DNA of 38,740 bases, from assembly GCA_027604505.1 (NCBI GenBank), contig JADIIX010000176.1:1-38740 (forward strand). The letters are read 5' to 3'. Position numbers and translations under genes: made by a program. How positions within the stretch are numbered: position 1 is the stretch's first letter; each line of letters opens with the position of its first letter. The DNA comes from Gonapodya sp. JEL0774 (lineage: Eukaryota). This document shows positions 1 to 12,232 of the stretch, one piece after another. The notes under the pieces were generated by a model. That model was not told the origin of the DNA and did no database searches. It was given only the letters and a program-made list of their open reading frames with translations.

Positions 1-335
1 GGTAAAAACACGACCAAACCAAGTAAGCCGATCTGCTTCTACTACCTCACGACCTGTTTGCTTCCTCTCTCCTCCCTACTCCCCCCCCCCGCCCCCCTTC
101 CCCCGCCCCTGCCCGTCCCGATGTGCGCCATGACAACGAGGGCGCATGCCGACAGTGGTGGAGCGAGAGAAAGGATGCGAAGGGATCAGTGGGATGGCGA
201 TTAATAGTGGGTCTACTTTTTGGATAGTGCGAAACGCGAACTTGGAGGACGCATAAATTGATCGGCTGTGCCTGATCGGGCTACCTCAGCTTGAGAACCT
301 CTCATTGTTTCTCACACCGTTGCCGGACGAGCAAA

Positions 336-647
336 TTAACATCTTGCCATGCAACACCAGACAAACGCATCATCTCTGACCGTTCCTTCTGCCTCCATCT
401 CCCGCAATCGGTCCACGGCGGACAACAGGGACCGCCCAGCTGGTGAGGCAAATCCCTCGGCATCATCGGGAGCAAAGAACCACCCCGAATGGTCTTTGTC
501 CCTGAGAACGCTCATTGTTCTCCTAGTGGTGATCAGGTGTGTCTCACACCGTTTCCACTGTGCTTTGTGTTTTGTGTTCATCGCAAACCCTTGGTGAAAC
601 CTAACACACCACCAATCAACAATCGTGAGGGCACAGTATCTCGTCAT
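336..647 (-). CDS. Possible exon of a hypothetical protein
   Basis: Protein-like ORF (MNTKHKAQWK...LLSAVDRLREMEAEGTVRDDAFVWCCMAR) ending at a GTTAAT donor-like site. No recognisable domain. Confidence 0.25.
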   Translation of the reverse strand: MTRYCALTIVDWWCVRFHQGFAMNTKHKAQWKRCETHLITTRRTMSVLRDKDHSGWFFAPDDAEGFASPAGRSLLSAVDRLREMEAEGTVRDDAFVWCCMARC

Positions 648-1428
648 CGGCCACCGCGACAGTGTGGCTTGGAGTCAACACCAACAACCGTTCCATTGCT
701 GGCTCATCAGATCAAGGTAGCGTCCGTTACAGCGTAGAGATGAACTTGAACTGTGCCGATTCAATTTCATTTCTGCGGAAGCATCGAGGAGGATTAGCTC
801 ACTTGGATAGGCTCGTCTTTACGATGCAAGTAGCAAAGTTTCTACCGCATTAGGTGCGATCTCCAAATGCTTCAGTTCAGGTCAGTTTTGAAATCGTGGA
901 CTGCGCTTTCCGCATCCTGCCCCTTTTCATTAGATGCTGAATCGTAGAGGCCTACATCTATCAGGTAGCTGAATTTGAAGATGTCTAGAGTCTCTCGTAT
1001 CTGCTAACACACTCCCTCAAGACCTTTTTTGCCTCAACTGCCTTCTCGGAAGCGATTGAGAGTGGTCTTGTGAGCCACACTGATTATGAGTGAGAAATTT
1101 GTGATTGATAGACACCAACTTGACATCTAATGACTCATTCTGGGGAACGTGCTCGTAGCATGCTTATACCTTGCTTGAATCAGACTGTCGCGGCGTTTGA
1201 TCTCACTTGTGCGTGGCCAGAGTCCACTGCCCTCGACATGACCATTCTCATCACAAGCTTCTTCCATACACTTAGCGATTGTTGACTCATTCAGCTATAC
1301 ATCCCTTTCCAGCCGGAACACGTTAGCACTAGTTTCTTACTCGGTGTTTGGAGGAACTGGACGGCCTGCTTTCCTCACCATTGGCTCTAATCTGACATGC
1401 CAGCGATTCTGTCCAGTCAACAATACAA

Positions 1429-1908
1429 ATGGCACTCTCATGGTGGTATCGACGTAATCCTGTCACACTCGAGTTGGGAAACTTCTCCTTTGAATTCCCA
1501 ATTCAAATTGACACCGGACTTTACATACTCCAACGCAAGGGAACTATGCTCCTCGGGCACTTCGATGTCAGCTTCCAAGGTGTGGCTTATCAACAAGCAT
1601 TTACGAGCGTCTTTGGCCCTTCTGGCAACCATCTGGGAACAACGATCCTGACCTTCACAACTAGCGATCTTTCGAACATGCTCGACACGGTCAAAGCCAC
1701 CCTCACAGAAAACTCTCTGCTGTATATTTTTGTTCCTTTTCAAGGAGGACAGAAGATTGCAATCTCAGGACTGCGCAACTTGACGATGCAGAGCAAGGTG
1801 GATTCTGCATCTGTTCGTGTGGCATTTACACTCCACTTTTCAGCTGCAAAAACCATAGGCACTCGTATCAAATCTGAAACTGCGAACAGTACACGATTAT
1901 TCCTTTGA
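1429..1908 (+). CDS. Hypothetical protein or exon (159 aa)
   Basis: ATG-initiated ORF with protein-like composition; no motif recognised. Confidence 0.3.
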   Translation: MALSWWYRRNPVTLELGNFSFEFPIQIDTGLYILQRKGTMLLGHFDVSFQGVAYQQAFTSVFGPSGNHLGTTILTFTTSDLSNMLDTVKATLTENSLLYIFVPFQGGQKIAISGLRNLTMQSKVDSASVRVAFTLHFSAAKTIGTRIKSETANSTRLFL

Positions 1909-2274
1909 GCAGTATCCGCTCATCAATATCTCTTCCGCAACAATCTACAAGTACACCGGAAACAATTTTCCGCGGACATTGCGGATGCAAACTGGCAAAC
2001 TGGCGACTATATGTATGTTTCAGATCAAAGTCACAAAAGTTTTCAACTTCAAGTATTACGTGGTCACTGTCGCGTGAGTAGCATGAAGGTTCCCCATATG
2101 CAGGAGGTGAAAGGGTTTGACCTCACATGACCTCACTTTGAAAGTCCGATCTCTGACTTCCTTGGGGATACAATATACCTCGAGCAGAAACTCAAAGAAT
2201 AGGGTATGCGATCAACGCTCATAGTGATTTTCTCAGGTGCGTGACGTGTTTGCCCATCCTGAGAAGGAAGAAAA

Positions 2275-2822
2275 TGGAACATGAAACAACTCCTACCACT
2301 ACAACACATTACCGTTTCCCGACGACCAAAGCCGTGGCCTTGGTACTAGGAACAAGTCTGGTGGCCGTAATCTTTGTTTGGATCTTCATAACGAGGCCCA
2401 TTCAAGCGTACGTATTCAGCTGCGTTTTAAACTGGGTCTTCTCGATTCAGGAGATCTAACCTGCTTAGCGTGAATTCGGTTCAGAATCCTCATTTCGATG
2501 AAGAAGGCTACCAAAATTTGATTTCTCAGACATTCGAGCTGGCAATCTTCCAGAGCGCCGATCAATTGTATCCGAGATTCTGAGCACTCAAGATAACTTT
2601 ATGGAAATGCTTCAAGTCTTTGCGAATGCTCTGAAGCGTACGTACGGTGATTTCCACGACAGGTATTTCGCGGTCACTGACTATCGGTCTGGGCCTTTGG
2701 GCTACAAAAACCTACCACCGCGTCCATTGAAAGTTCACGTCGCATATCAAATGTATAGTCAAAGCGATCAAATTTGTAGACAAAGGAACGTGCCCACTAC
2801 GCGAAAGAGCACGAGAGGATAG
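2275..2822 (+). pseudogene. Possible decayed gene with an N-terminal hydrophobic (TM) segment
   Basis: MEHETT...AVALVLGTSLVAVIFVWIFITR is followed by an intron-like stretch (GT near 2408-2412 to CTAAC...TTAG at 2468). The downstream frame is interrupted by TGA at 2499. Confidence 0.25.
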
Positions 2823-2896
2823 CGGATGCAGTAAAAGTTCAATGCAAATATAATACAAGTATCCAACACCATAATCGAGTTATGCAAAGTCTGATA

Positions 2897-4203
2897 TTAG
2901 AAACGTCGCCCCAGTTGCCTGATCCATTCAGTAATCTCCGTTGCTACTCGATCGGCACTAGATCGTCGAAGGGAGAAAACATGTGGAATATTTTCGTCCA
3001 GGACGCAAGGTACTACTAAAAACCCAAGCGAGTGAACTTTTGGTTATCTGGAATACAACTTCTCCCACATCTCACCATGTGGCTACCTCCTCATAAACTC
3101 TCTCGATAGTCAGATGGAATCCACCCATCCTCAGCCGCGTAATACATGCGCAATCGATCTTGGAGATTGCCTAAGGCTATGGAGTTGAGTTCTCCCACCC
3201 GCTTCATGGTGTCGCCGCTCATGGTAAAAGCCGAGAGAATGGAACTATAGCATTGTTTCTTAGCGCATTGTCAATATTAGCAGAGACAGAGAGAGGGCAA
3301 GAATGTTGTGTCCATCAGCAAAGTTTGATCGATACCTGGTGAGCCCAGAATTTTGCCCACATTTTTCTGCCGTGATCCTGGCTTGCTCCAAGGGATGTCC
3401 CGTGAGACTTCTCACGAGTTGAGCGAGGCCATCTTCCCCTTCCAAGGGTATAATCAGCTTTATCACACCTGTAGCCATTGCTACGGCATGGTGAGGTATG
3501 AAATGGGAGTATGGGGAGTTTTTTTTTGGCCAATTGGCGTGTCCCTCATGTTCGAAAAAGTTGGGGTTAAGAGAAACACTGGACGTTTCGACTGGGCATA
3601 AGAAGCTGTGTCTAACACAGTTCTGGGATTGAATTTACGCACCCCCTTTCAACCGTTGCGCACAACCTCCCGCCACCAAGCTCCTGCAAACTTCCAGCGC
3701 AATGAACGCTCCGATACTGTGACTCGCTACAAACGCTGGACTGTTCGGGAACCATTCCTTCAGAACCATATCTAAGAGCAGGCGCTTGTGTTGAATCTGC
3801 TCGTCTACCGTGTGGTGGAAAGCTGGTGAGGTTGCTAGTGGAGGCGTGGCAGCCGGGTGTTAAACATGGCCGACGGCGATGATGTTGAGTTGTTGGGAGC
3901 ATCGATTGTACACTGAGTCGAGAAAGCATTTGTAGTAGTCTGGGATGCCAGGATTTCCCGTGATGAATATAAGCGTAGGATCTTGCAAGGTACTTGGCGT
4001 GGCCGTGGAGAAGTCCCCTCCCGCAGCATCCCAAGAACCTCTGTTGGATAGCCGCCAACACATTCGACCAAGCGCTGGGATGCAACCACTCCCGACTCCT
4101 CCTCAAATTTGCCATCCTCCTTACTGGCTTCAGCGTGGTCTCGGAGACCGGATATGAACGGGTGGAATACTGGATGATCATTACTGGATGGCGTGAGCAT
4201 CAT
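2897..4203 (-). pseudogene. LDAH-like alpha/beta hydrolase, disabled paralogue (copy 1)
   Basis: Colinear with the 5478-6786 copy, including intron positions. It has a frameshift near 4030-4040, TAC>TAA at 3860-3862, nucleophile motif AGHSIG>ASHSIG, and a 1-nt deletion plus TGG>TAG near 3083-3100. Confidence 0.85.
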
Positions 4204-5477
4204 CAACTTTTGAAGCACAACACGATTGCTACAATTCAACTCACGAAAGAGTATCGCACGCATGACCATCCGATCTATAAGACTGGGCCGCTCTGGCTGA
4301 GTTTTCAGAGGCATTTGAATGAAATGAGTGCTGCGATCGTACATTCCATTTGTGCATCATCTGCCCAAGTATCCAGAAATGCAAAACGTGAATCGGTTCG
4401 ATGCCTATCGAAAGAGCAAATATCACGCGGATTGAATGCTTCGATAGACTGGGTTGTCACGGCTCAGGTGGACCCGGCGACTAACCCTGCACCATGCCGT
4501 CTCACGCGGATGGAGTGAACGACAACGTTGCCCATCACTGTACTCTACTTAATGTGATACACAGACGCCAATGAAACCTTCACGCAGACAAAACTTCACA
4601 TTCCTCACGCACGTAGGAGGAGTTTACGATCTAGTCAACACCGACGTCAGTAAACTTCAGTGTATGAACCGCGTTGTACACACGAATAGACGCAGCCCCG
4701 TAATCCAGCATGGTCGCCATGAGCTGGCCAGCATAAAATGCGAGCGTCTGCCTTAGGCTGGACTCTCAAAGTTGATAACTCTCCGGCGCTACCTTACAGA
4801 TTTGGAGTCATTGGAATCTTATGCGAGTGGCACCGGAACGATACTGTCACGCTTGTACTCGCGTGGCTGCGCCCTGAAGCACGCAACTCGTTTCAAGTTC
4901 TCACCAAATCCATATCGGCAACGTCACTTCTTCGGGGCTTCCGACATTCCCGAGCGTAGACCGTTCTTCAAGAGAGTCCTCAAGCTTATCGGAGTACACT
5001 TCGCCAAGATCAAAGATCACACAGCAATTGTATGATTATATTTTTGAACCAGCTCCTGCATCATCGTGATTCCGTTCTCCAGCTGGTGTGGTCTGCGACA
5101 CTCACACTGGATCCTCGGCAAACCCTGGGGAGCTACTCCCCCTTTTTTCCCCTGCACATTTGCCTCACATTTTGCCGGATCAGCAGTGTGGTGGTTGCAT
5201 TTCCGGGTTATATTACCCGTGGGAACGAAAGGTGAGTGCCAGTGGTATTGAGGTTACCACCCAATCCTCCTCCTTGCATCCTTTTCTTATTAATGTACAT
5301 AAAAATAGATAATCTCTTTTCAAAATGAATGAGAATAAATCTCACTTAACTGCATGCATCAGGTACAAAATGCGATGATGGCAATAATCATGTTACGCAC
5401 TGATTGGGAATCCATTTTGTCTGTGATACTGGTATCCAAACGTGACCACATTATCATCTCCTAGATAATGTCGAGAA

Positions 5478-6786
5478 TTATTCGATCCATATAGCTAACT
5501 GTGCCGCAACTCGGTCGGCACTGGGTCGTCGAAGCGCAAACGCATGGATGATATGCTCATCTACTACGCAAGGCACTATAGTACGGCAAAAGTCGCTGAG
5601 TTTGGATGAGCATGAGTCTAAATTATACGTCAACCCTCACCGTCTGGCCACCTCCTCATAAAGTCCTCTCGATAGTGAGGTGGAATCCACCCATCCCCAG
5701 CAGCGTAATACACACGCAATCGATTTTGAAGACGATCGAGCGCTTTGGTGTTGAAATCGCCAACACGACGCATTGAATCGTTGCTCATACTGAACGTCGC
5801 GAGCATAGAATGGTAGGAAAGGTCTGGGAGAAATGGGGAGAATGTAACGATGTAATGTCACTATAAAACTGCTGTCCAGTCTCGTGAGCTGACAGGAAAC
5901 CATTTCCACTGCTGACACTAACATTTCTCCGCTGTGATTCTCGCTTGGGATAAGGGGTGTCCAGTAAAGTTTCTCACAAGTTGAGCAAGGCCATCCTCTC
6001 CATCGAGGGGTAATAGCCACTTCAATGCGGCGACGGCTACTGCCGCAGCATAGCGAGGTAGGATATTAAAATATGGTGCGGTTTTCTTGCCATTTGGAGA
6101 ATCCCTCATTTGTGAAAGAGTTGGTGTTAAGAGAAACACTGGACGTTTCGAATGTGCTTGACTAACCCGTGCCTAACACTGTTCTGGGATTGAAATTACG
6201 CACCTCCTTTCAACCGTTGTGCACAACCTTCCTCAACCAAGCTCCCGCAAACTTCCAGCGCAGTGAACGCTCCGATACTGTGACCCGCTACGAACACTGG
6301 ACTGTTCGGGAACCATTCCTTCATAACCATATCCAAGAGCAGGCGCTTGTGTTGAATCTGCTCGTCCACCGTGTGGTGGAAAGCTGGTGAGGTTGCTAGT
6401 GGAGGCGTGGCAGCCGAGTGGTAAACATGGCCGACGGCGATGATGTTGACTCGTTGGCAGCATCGATTGCACAATGAGTCGAGAAAGTATTCGTAGTAGT
6501 CTGGAATGCCAGGATTTCCCGCGATGAATATAAGCGTAGAATCTTGTGAGAAACTGGGGACGTCCTGGATGAAGTTCCTTCCTCCCGCGACCCAGACCAG
6601 CAGTTCAGTGGGATGCCCTCCAACACATGCGACCAGGCGCTGAGACGAAAACACTCTCGCCGTGTCCTGAGAATTGTCATCCTCCTTGCTGGCGTTGGCG
6701 TGGTTTCTGAGACCGGATATGAACGGGTGGAATACTGGGAAGGTGGCTTCAGAATGGAATGGTTCTGATGTAACTTGGTTCTCAAC
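5478..6786 (-). CDS. Lipid droplet-associated hydrolase (LDAH/DUF2305-like) serine hydrolase (copy 2); 5' end unresolved
   Basis: Motifs LIFIAGNPGIPDYY, FVAGHSIGA (GxSxG), FLLTPTLSQMRDSPNG, YYAAGDGWIP and C-terminal HAF. GT-AG introns at 6139-6203, 5824-5922 and about 5576-5640; stop at 5478-5480. No in-frame ATG found before the TAG/acceptor at 6787-6789. Confidence 0.8.
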
Positions 6787-6993
6787 CTACAGGAGACGAT
6801 CGCACCGGATATGGTCCGACGAAGCAGCTTCGATTGATGCGATGGAGGTTTTTCAGACATCTGGAAAGCGTGCCGCTTCAGATTGCTGTTGCTTTTGTGG
6901 AGTCTCCGCCAATATATTGGGGAGGATATATTCCCAAGCAGTGGGCCGGACTTAAAATTCACCACCACTGCTTCTCACGATTCTTCAACCATC

Positions 6994-9083
6994 ATGGCTG
7001 AAATGACTAAAGCGGCCACTCCTTCTGTTGATACTCTCGGCTCCCACCAACTGTTCACGTGGGAGGCCGTCGCCGCCCACTCAACGCCCAAATCTATGTG
7101 GGTCAGTATCCGTAACAAGGTTTATGACATAACGGAATTTGCCACGTCCCACCCTGGCGGCCATGAGGTGGTGAGTCAAGTACAAAAACCGATTCCTGAA
7201 GCGTCTTATCATCCGTCTCACTGGCCCCTCCCAAAAATGCCATTGTGCAGATTCGTATGGCGGCTGGACGGGATATAACCCAGCTCTTCGAGTCTTATCA
7301 TGATGATTCCGTTTCGCTTGTCCTGGCGTGAGTGTTCGCGGCTAGGTTTGAGGCAGCTCCAACCAACACCACTTCACACCTGTTCAGAAAGTACTACATC
7401 GGTGACCTTGCTTCGTCGGAGCTTCCTTCATTCCCCGAACCCTCCAAGTTCTCCAAAGACGTCCGCAAACGGGTGAAGGCGCACTTCGACAAGACCGGGG
7501 AAGACCCAGCGACTCCATCGATGCAAATGTGGGGCCGATATGGCATTGTAATTCTTGCCTTCTTAGCTGGTATGGTCGGGACGTACACGTGGAATATCCA
7601 GCAAACGTTTGGGACCAGGGCTGCGTGGGCGATATGGCTCGGGTTCTTTAAAGCGCAGGTGCTCGTCCCCTCCCTTCCTCTCCGTGCCCCCGCTTCAATG
7701 CTAACTTTTCTCCCCCACACTCCCTGACACTCCCTGCTCCTGCTTCCATGCGAGTCGTCTGGGGGCGGGCGGGCCGGGCGCCCCCCGCCGCGCCCCCCCC
7801 CCCCCGCCCGGACCCGCCGGNNNNNNNNNNCTCCACCCCCTGGTCCTTTTTCAATTTAAAAATTAACCCCCCCCCCCCCCCCCCCCCAACGGCATTCCCT
7901 CACCCTCACAAGACTGGTATGTACTTGCACGACGGGTCACACCTGAGTGTGACGAGGAGGCCTTGGGTATGGAAAGCGTTTGGAATAATCGGCGGGGATC
8001 TGTTGAATGGCTTTTCTTACGTTCATTGGTACGCCGTGCGAGCAACATTCGGTATCAGAATTGCGCACTTGTCCTGACCAAATTTATCACAAGGTTTTAC
8101 AAACATACAATCGGACACCATTCGTACACAAACGTCTTTGGCGCTGATCCTGACAATTCGATCAAAGATCCCGGGTTTCGTCGCCTCTCCCCACTTCAAA
8201 AGTGGCTTCCCCGGTACGAAGGTCAGGAAATGTGGGCCCCTCTCATGTACTGTTTTTGGAGCACTATGAAGAGACCAGACGAGATAATCGAGATGTACTT
8301 CTCAAAGAAGATCATGAATATTCGGGTCAATGAGCTGACTCTTGGTGATCATGTCGTGTTTTGGGGGGGTAAAGTGAGTTTAGAGAGTGAGGGATGTTCA
8401 TTGCGACCTTGAAGACTAAACTGTGTATCTGCTCGATAGGCATTCTTCTTTGCAACTCAACTGTTTATTCCCTGTCTGTGGATCGGATGGAGGACCATCC
8501 TTCTCTTCATCCTTTCGGAATTTGCAATGTCATACTGGCTCACTATAATGATTGGCACGAACCATGTCGCGACCGGCTGTGCTTGGCCTGAACCTGATCC
8601 GAAGACCAACATGCTGCCGTACGACTGGGCGGAACACCAAATAATCAGTTCGATGGATTTCTCTCACGACTCATGGTTTTGGACCGTGTTTTCCATCGGA
8701 TTCAATTTCCAGGTACGTCCACCTGTGCTTTTGTCTGCACGTTAAAGCAGTATTACCTCCGCCCTATGGGGCATAAGTGGAAAAGAGAGGAAGGAGGACG
8801 GCTCGCTCAAAGGAGATAAATCATCTCTGAACATGTTTCCTTACAGGCAACACACCACATATTCCCTAAGATCAACCAATACTACCATCCGGTTCTCAGT
8901 GACATCGTTTCGAGCACGTGTGAAGAGTTTGGGATCAAGTTCAACTACATTGTGAGTGAATTCGCAATTCTAACGGAAGGTTTTCAGTACAAAACTTGTG
9001 GAACAAATCCCCAGCCCACGACGTACGGCGCAATACTGTTGCATTTGGACCACCTACGGGTCATGGGAAAGAAGAGTGACTGA
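6994..9083 (+). CDS. Cytochrome b5-fused front-end fatty acid desaturase, delta5-like (about 7 introns)
   Basis: N-terminal b5 domain with HPGG (KVYDITEFATSHPGG) and histidine boxes HDGSH, HTIGHH and QATHH. KYYIGDLASSELPSFPEPS resembles, from recall, the Mortierella-type delta5 desaturase. Stop TGA at 9081-9083. Confidence 0.9.
7821..7830. other. Assembly gap (10 N) flanked by low-complexity poly-C/GC runs, inside a desaturase intron
   Basis: NNNNNNNNNN at 7821-7830, with poly-C runs at about 7793-7805 and 7867-7887. Confidence 0.95.
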
Positions 9084-9334
9084 GCAATGGCAATCGTCAT
9101 GGATTATGCATCTCAACAGACAACATGTGAACTTTTAATTAGTAACGTATTCTCAACGAACTTTTAGTATGTAGTCAATCTTCACTTGTGTAATGAATCT
9201 AGGATGGTGTACACCCGTTCTCCACTGCTGTATATAAAAGATAATGAATTGGGGGATGGAGCGCGGGTAACATCCTGGTGCAACCTATGACAAACAGGGA
9301 CTGGAGACCTTTGGTAGGGAAACTTGTCGGCACC

Positions 9335-12232
9335 ATGCAAATGTGCACTCCCAGCTTCACGGGAACTCTGCTCCCTCGATCGCACTCGTCCCCGCTGCTT
9401 CCTTTTCTTTTGCCGCGTCTCCACCGCACCCCGTCCCCAGCACACCCACACTCCCGCTCACTAGCATCAGCCAACTCCACTCAATCCACCTACAGGTCCA
9501 CCCAATCCACCCAATGGTCCACCGAATCTCTTCATCACGAATCGCTATACGATGTCGTCATCGTTGGTGGTGGCGTCGCCGGAACTGCGCTCGCTGCGGC
9601 TCTCTGTACGATCCGCTATTGCTCTGACTCATGCACTATTCGGGCGCCCATTCACTTTCGATCATATCCAATTCCCTCATTTCCCTTCCCTTCCACTTGT
9701 AGCATCGAAACCGTCTCTCGCCAAATCCCGCGTCGCGCTTATCGAATCGGCAGATCTGTACGTCAAACCAGAGTCTGCACATGGCCGCTACTCTAATCGA
9801 GTCAGCTCATTCAATCCATCGTCTGTGGATTTTTTCAAAAGTGAGTTCATGCAGTCGACTATTTTTTGGGGGGCAGAAAAGGAGTTGTAGGCGAGTATGG
9901 ATGTGTGACAGATGATTGGTGGGAACCGAAGATTGCAGATCGTTGGGCAGCGCTCGTCCTCTTTAGATCTTTTATCCAATGGACTTTACAACTTGTATTG
10001 ACCAGTGCCAGTAATGGGCTGTGGGAGTTGAATTGGTGTCGCAATGGTTGTGGGTTCGGAACCTTTTCAAACTGACACGGTTCACCGAAAAGGCGTGCAG
10101 AAGGCGAAGTGTACACGGCGCTTGGCATTTGTGTATACAGGACCTGCCATTTTACAACCGAACAATTGGAAATTGGCTTGGTGGGACAGACGGAAAGGCA
10201 CGACGTCGTCTATTTCGTGTCACTCATACGGATGCGCGCCCACGTTCCTGAAGTCCTGGTGTTTGTGTCACTGCTCACTCGTCTCATAACTCATTCAACC
10301 CCACATTCCTATCCCTTGCTGACGGCACCAATCGGAAATGCCAGCTCTCGGCATCTGGTCCCACCTCGAATCACATAGTCGAACCAGGGCTTTTACAAAG
10401 ATGGAGGTGAGCGATTTGCGGTATAGGGTGGGGGTGGGTGGAATCAGGGCGGGAGACTGATGAAGGGATGAGAGGAAGGAAAGGTTCTGGACCCGTAGTG
10501 GTACGGGACAGTGCACGTGATCGAGCCAAGCAAGAGAGAAGCGCTACAACTGTAGCGTTGACGCAAATTTGCGGAGGGTGGTGTTCGGGATCTAGGAACG
10601 GACCGCTTTCAACAGGTACCCTCCCAGCACTACAACCAACATTGACATGTATCATTCGTTACTTGTTGCCCCTCTCACATCCTCACTTCTCATCAACCGC
10701 CCCCTCTTCCCTCACCCTGACTCCAGGTCTGGGACGCCATCGGCAACGGCCGAGTTTCCTTCTCGACCCCAGAAACTCCCATCGCCCACATCATCGAAAA
10801 CAACGCCGTGCAAGCTGCGCTCGTAGCGATGATTGACCGAGAAGGTGGGAACGGCGGAGCGACAGTGGAGGTGTTCAATAGAGAGCGAGTCAAGGATATC
10901 AAGAGGTGGGAGACGCCCAAAGTGTTAGGAGGAGCGGAGAGGAACGAAGGGGTTGAGCAAGGTCAAGTGGACTTTTTGGACCAAATCGAGTGGCCAGAGG
11001 TTGTCCTGGAGTCAGGGAAGAGGATCAAGGCCCGATTACTGGTTCGTTGGCGGGTCATGGACTGGTTCGTTCTCTTCAACGAGGGTCGTCATCCCCTCAC
11101 TCTCACTTATGCTGCCCTCAGATTGGTGCCGACGGCGCTCCCTCCCGCGTTCGTTCATTTGCCGGTGTAGACTTTTTCGGGTGGGATTATGATCAGCGTG
11201 GACTTGTTGCGACCCTGAAAGTCGACGAAAGAGACGAGAATGTCACTGCGTGGCAGAGGTTTTTACCGACAGGACCGGTGTCCTTGCTACCGGTAAGTGC
11301 ATGGCAGGGAATCCCGTTTGCTCTGACACAGTTTCCCAACTTCCCCACTCCACCCGCCTACATTCTCAGCTCGCTCCCGGTTACAGCTCCATGGTTTGGT
11401 CGACTACTCCCGCACTCGCTTCTCTCCTCCCCAAACTCCCCGCATCCGTGTTCACCACCCTCGCGAACGCCGCGTTTCACAACACGGTCCCCGACTTGGA
11501 GTTCCTCACTTCACAAGCTCAACGGGAGTTCGGTTCTCCCACCGCCACCGCCACACCGTCCTCCACAACAGACTACGCTATGGAAGCTGAGTGGGGTCGC
11601 TCGATAGTTCGCCCGGTTGTGAACATTGGGACGTATCCCACTCCCCCAGAGATTCTGGACGTGCAAGAGGGGTCTCGTGCGCCTTTTCCCTTGAGGTTGA
11701 GGCATGCGGGAAGGTATGTTACCGATAGAGTGGCGCTGGTTGGGTGAGTACGAGAGTTTCTGCTGCATCCCGGTGAGGCAATATTTTGAAACGCTTTGGT
11801 CTTCCCTTATCGCGCCGCCGCCGTGTTATGTAGTGATGCAGCACATTTGGTGCATCCGCTCGCGGGGCTAGGGCTTAACATGGGCTTGGGCGACGTTCAG
11901 GCACTCGCCGATGTGCTGGGTGAAGCTGCTGCGAACGGAGCAGACCTCGGTCCGTAACTTGCCTGCCTTTCACTCCTCTCGGTGCTACGTCGCACGTGCT
12001 GACCTTCTTCAACCATCTTCCAGGATCCATCCACGTCGTCCAAACGTACGCCTCGTCCCGCTACCTCCCGAATCTTGTAATGCTGGGTGTCCTGGACAAG
12101 TTTAAGTGGTTGTTCTCGAACGACGTGGCTCCATTAGCGTGGTTAAGGTCCGCGGGGATGGATGCGTTCAATGCGATCGAGCCAGTAAAGTTGATGGCCA
12201 TGAGGTTTGCAAGTGGGAAGGGGTTGTTTTGA
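9335..12232 (+). CDS. COQ6: Ubiquinone biosynthesis FAD-dependent monooxygenase Coq6
   Basis: S/L/R-rich presequence-like N-terminus, [51 protein letters not shown] and [27 protein letters not shown], spread over spliced exons including a 62-nt exon at 10345-10406. Confidence 0.92.

Noticed and set aside
2540..2640. RRSIVSEILSTQDNFMEMLQV resembling the first helix of a RhoGEF DH domain
   Set aside because: Only about 20 residues match, the conserved TE..Y is missing, and the rest of a DH domain is not visible.
7760..7890. GC-rich and poly-C tracts as a G-quadruplex or polyproline ORF
   Set aside because: They directly flank the N gap and are probably low-quality contig-end sequence.
9842..10726. 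Nested gene or insertion in the long COQ6 introns
   Set aside because: The region is explained by two introns around the 62-nt exon at 10345-10406; the short ORFs there lack motifs and I saw no terminal repeats.
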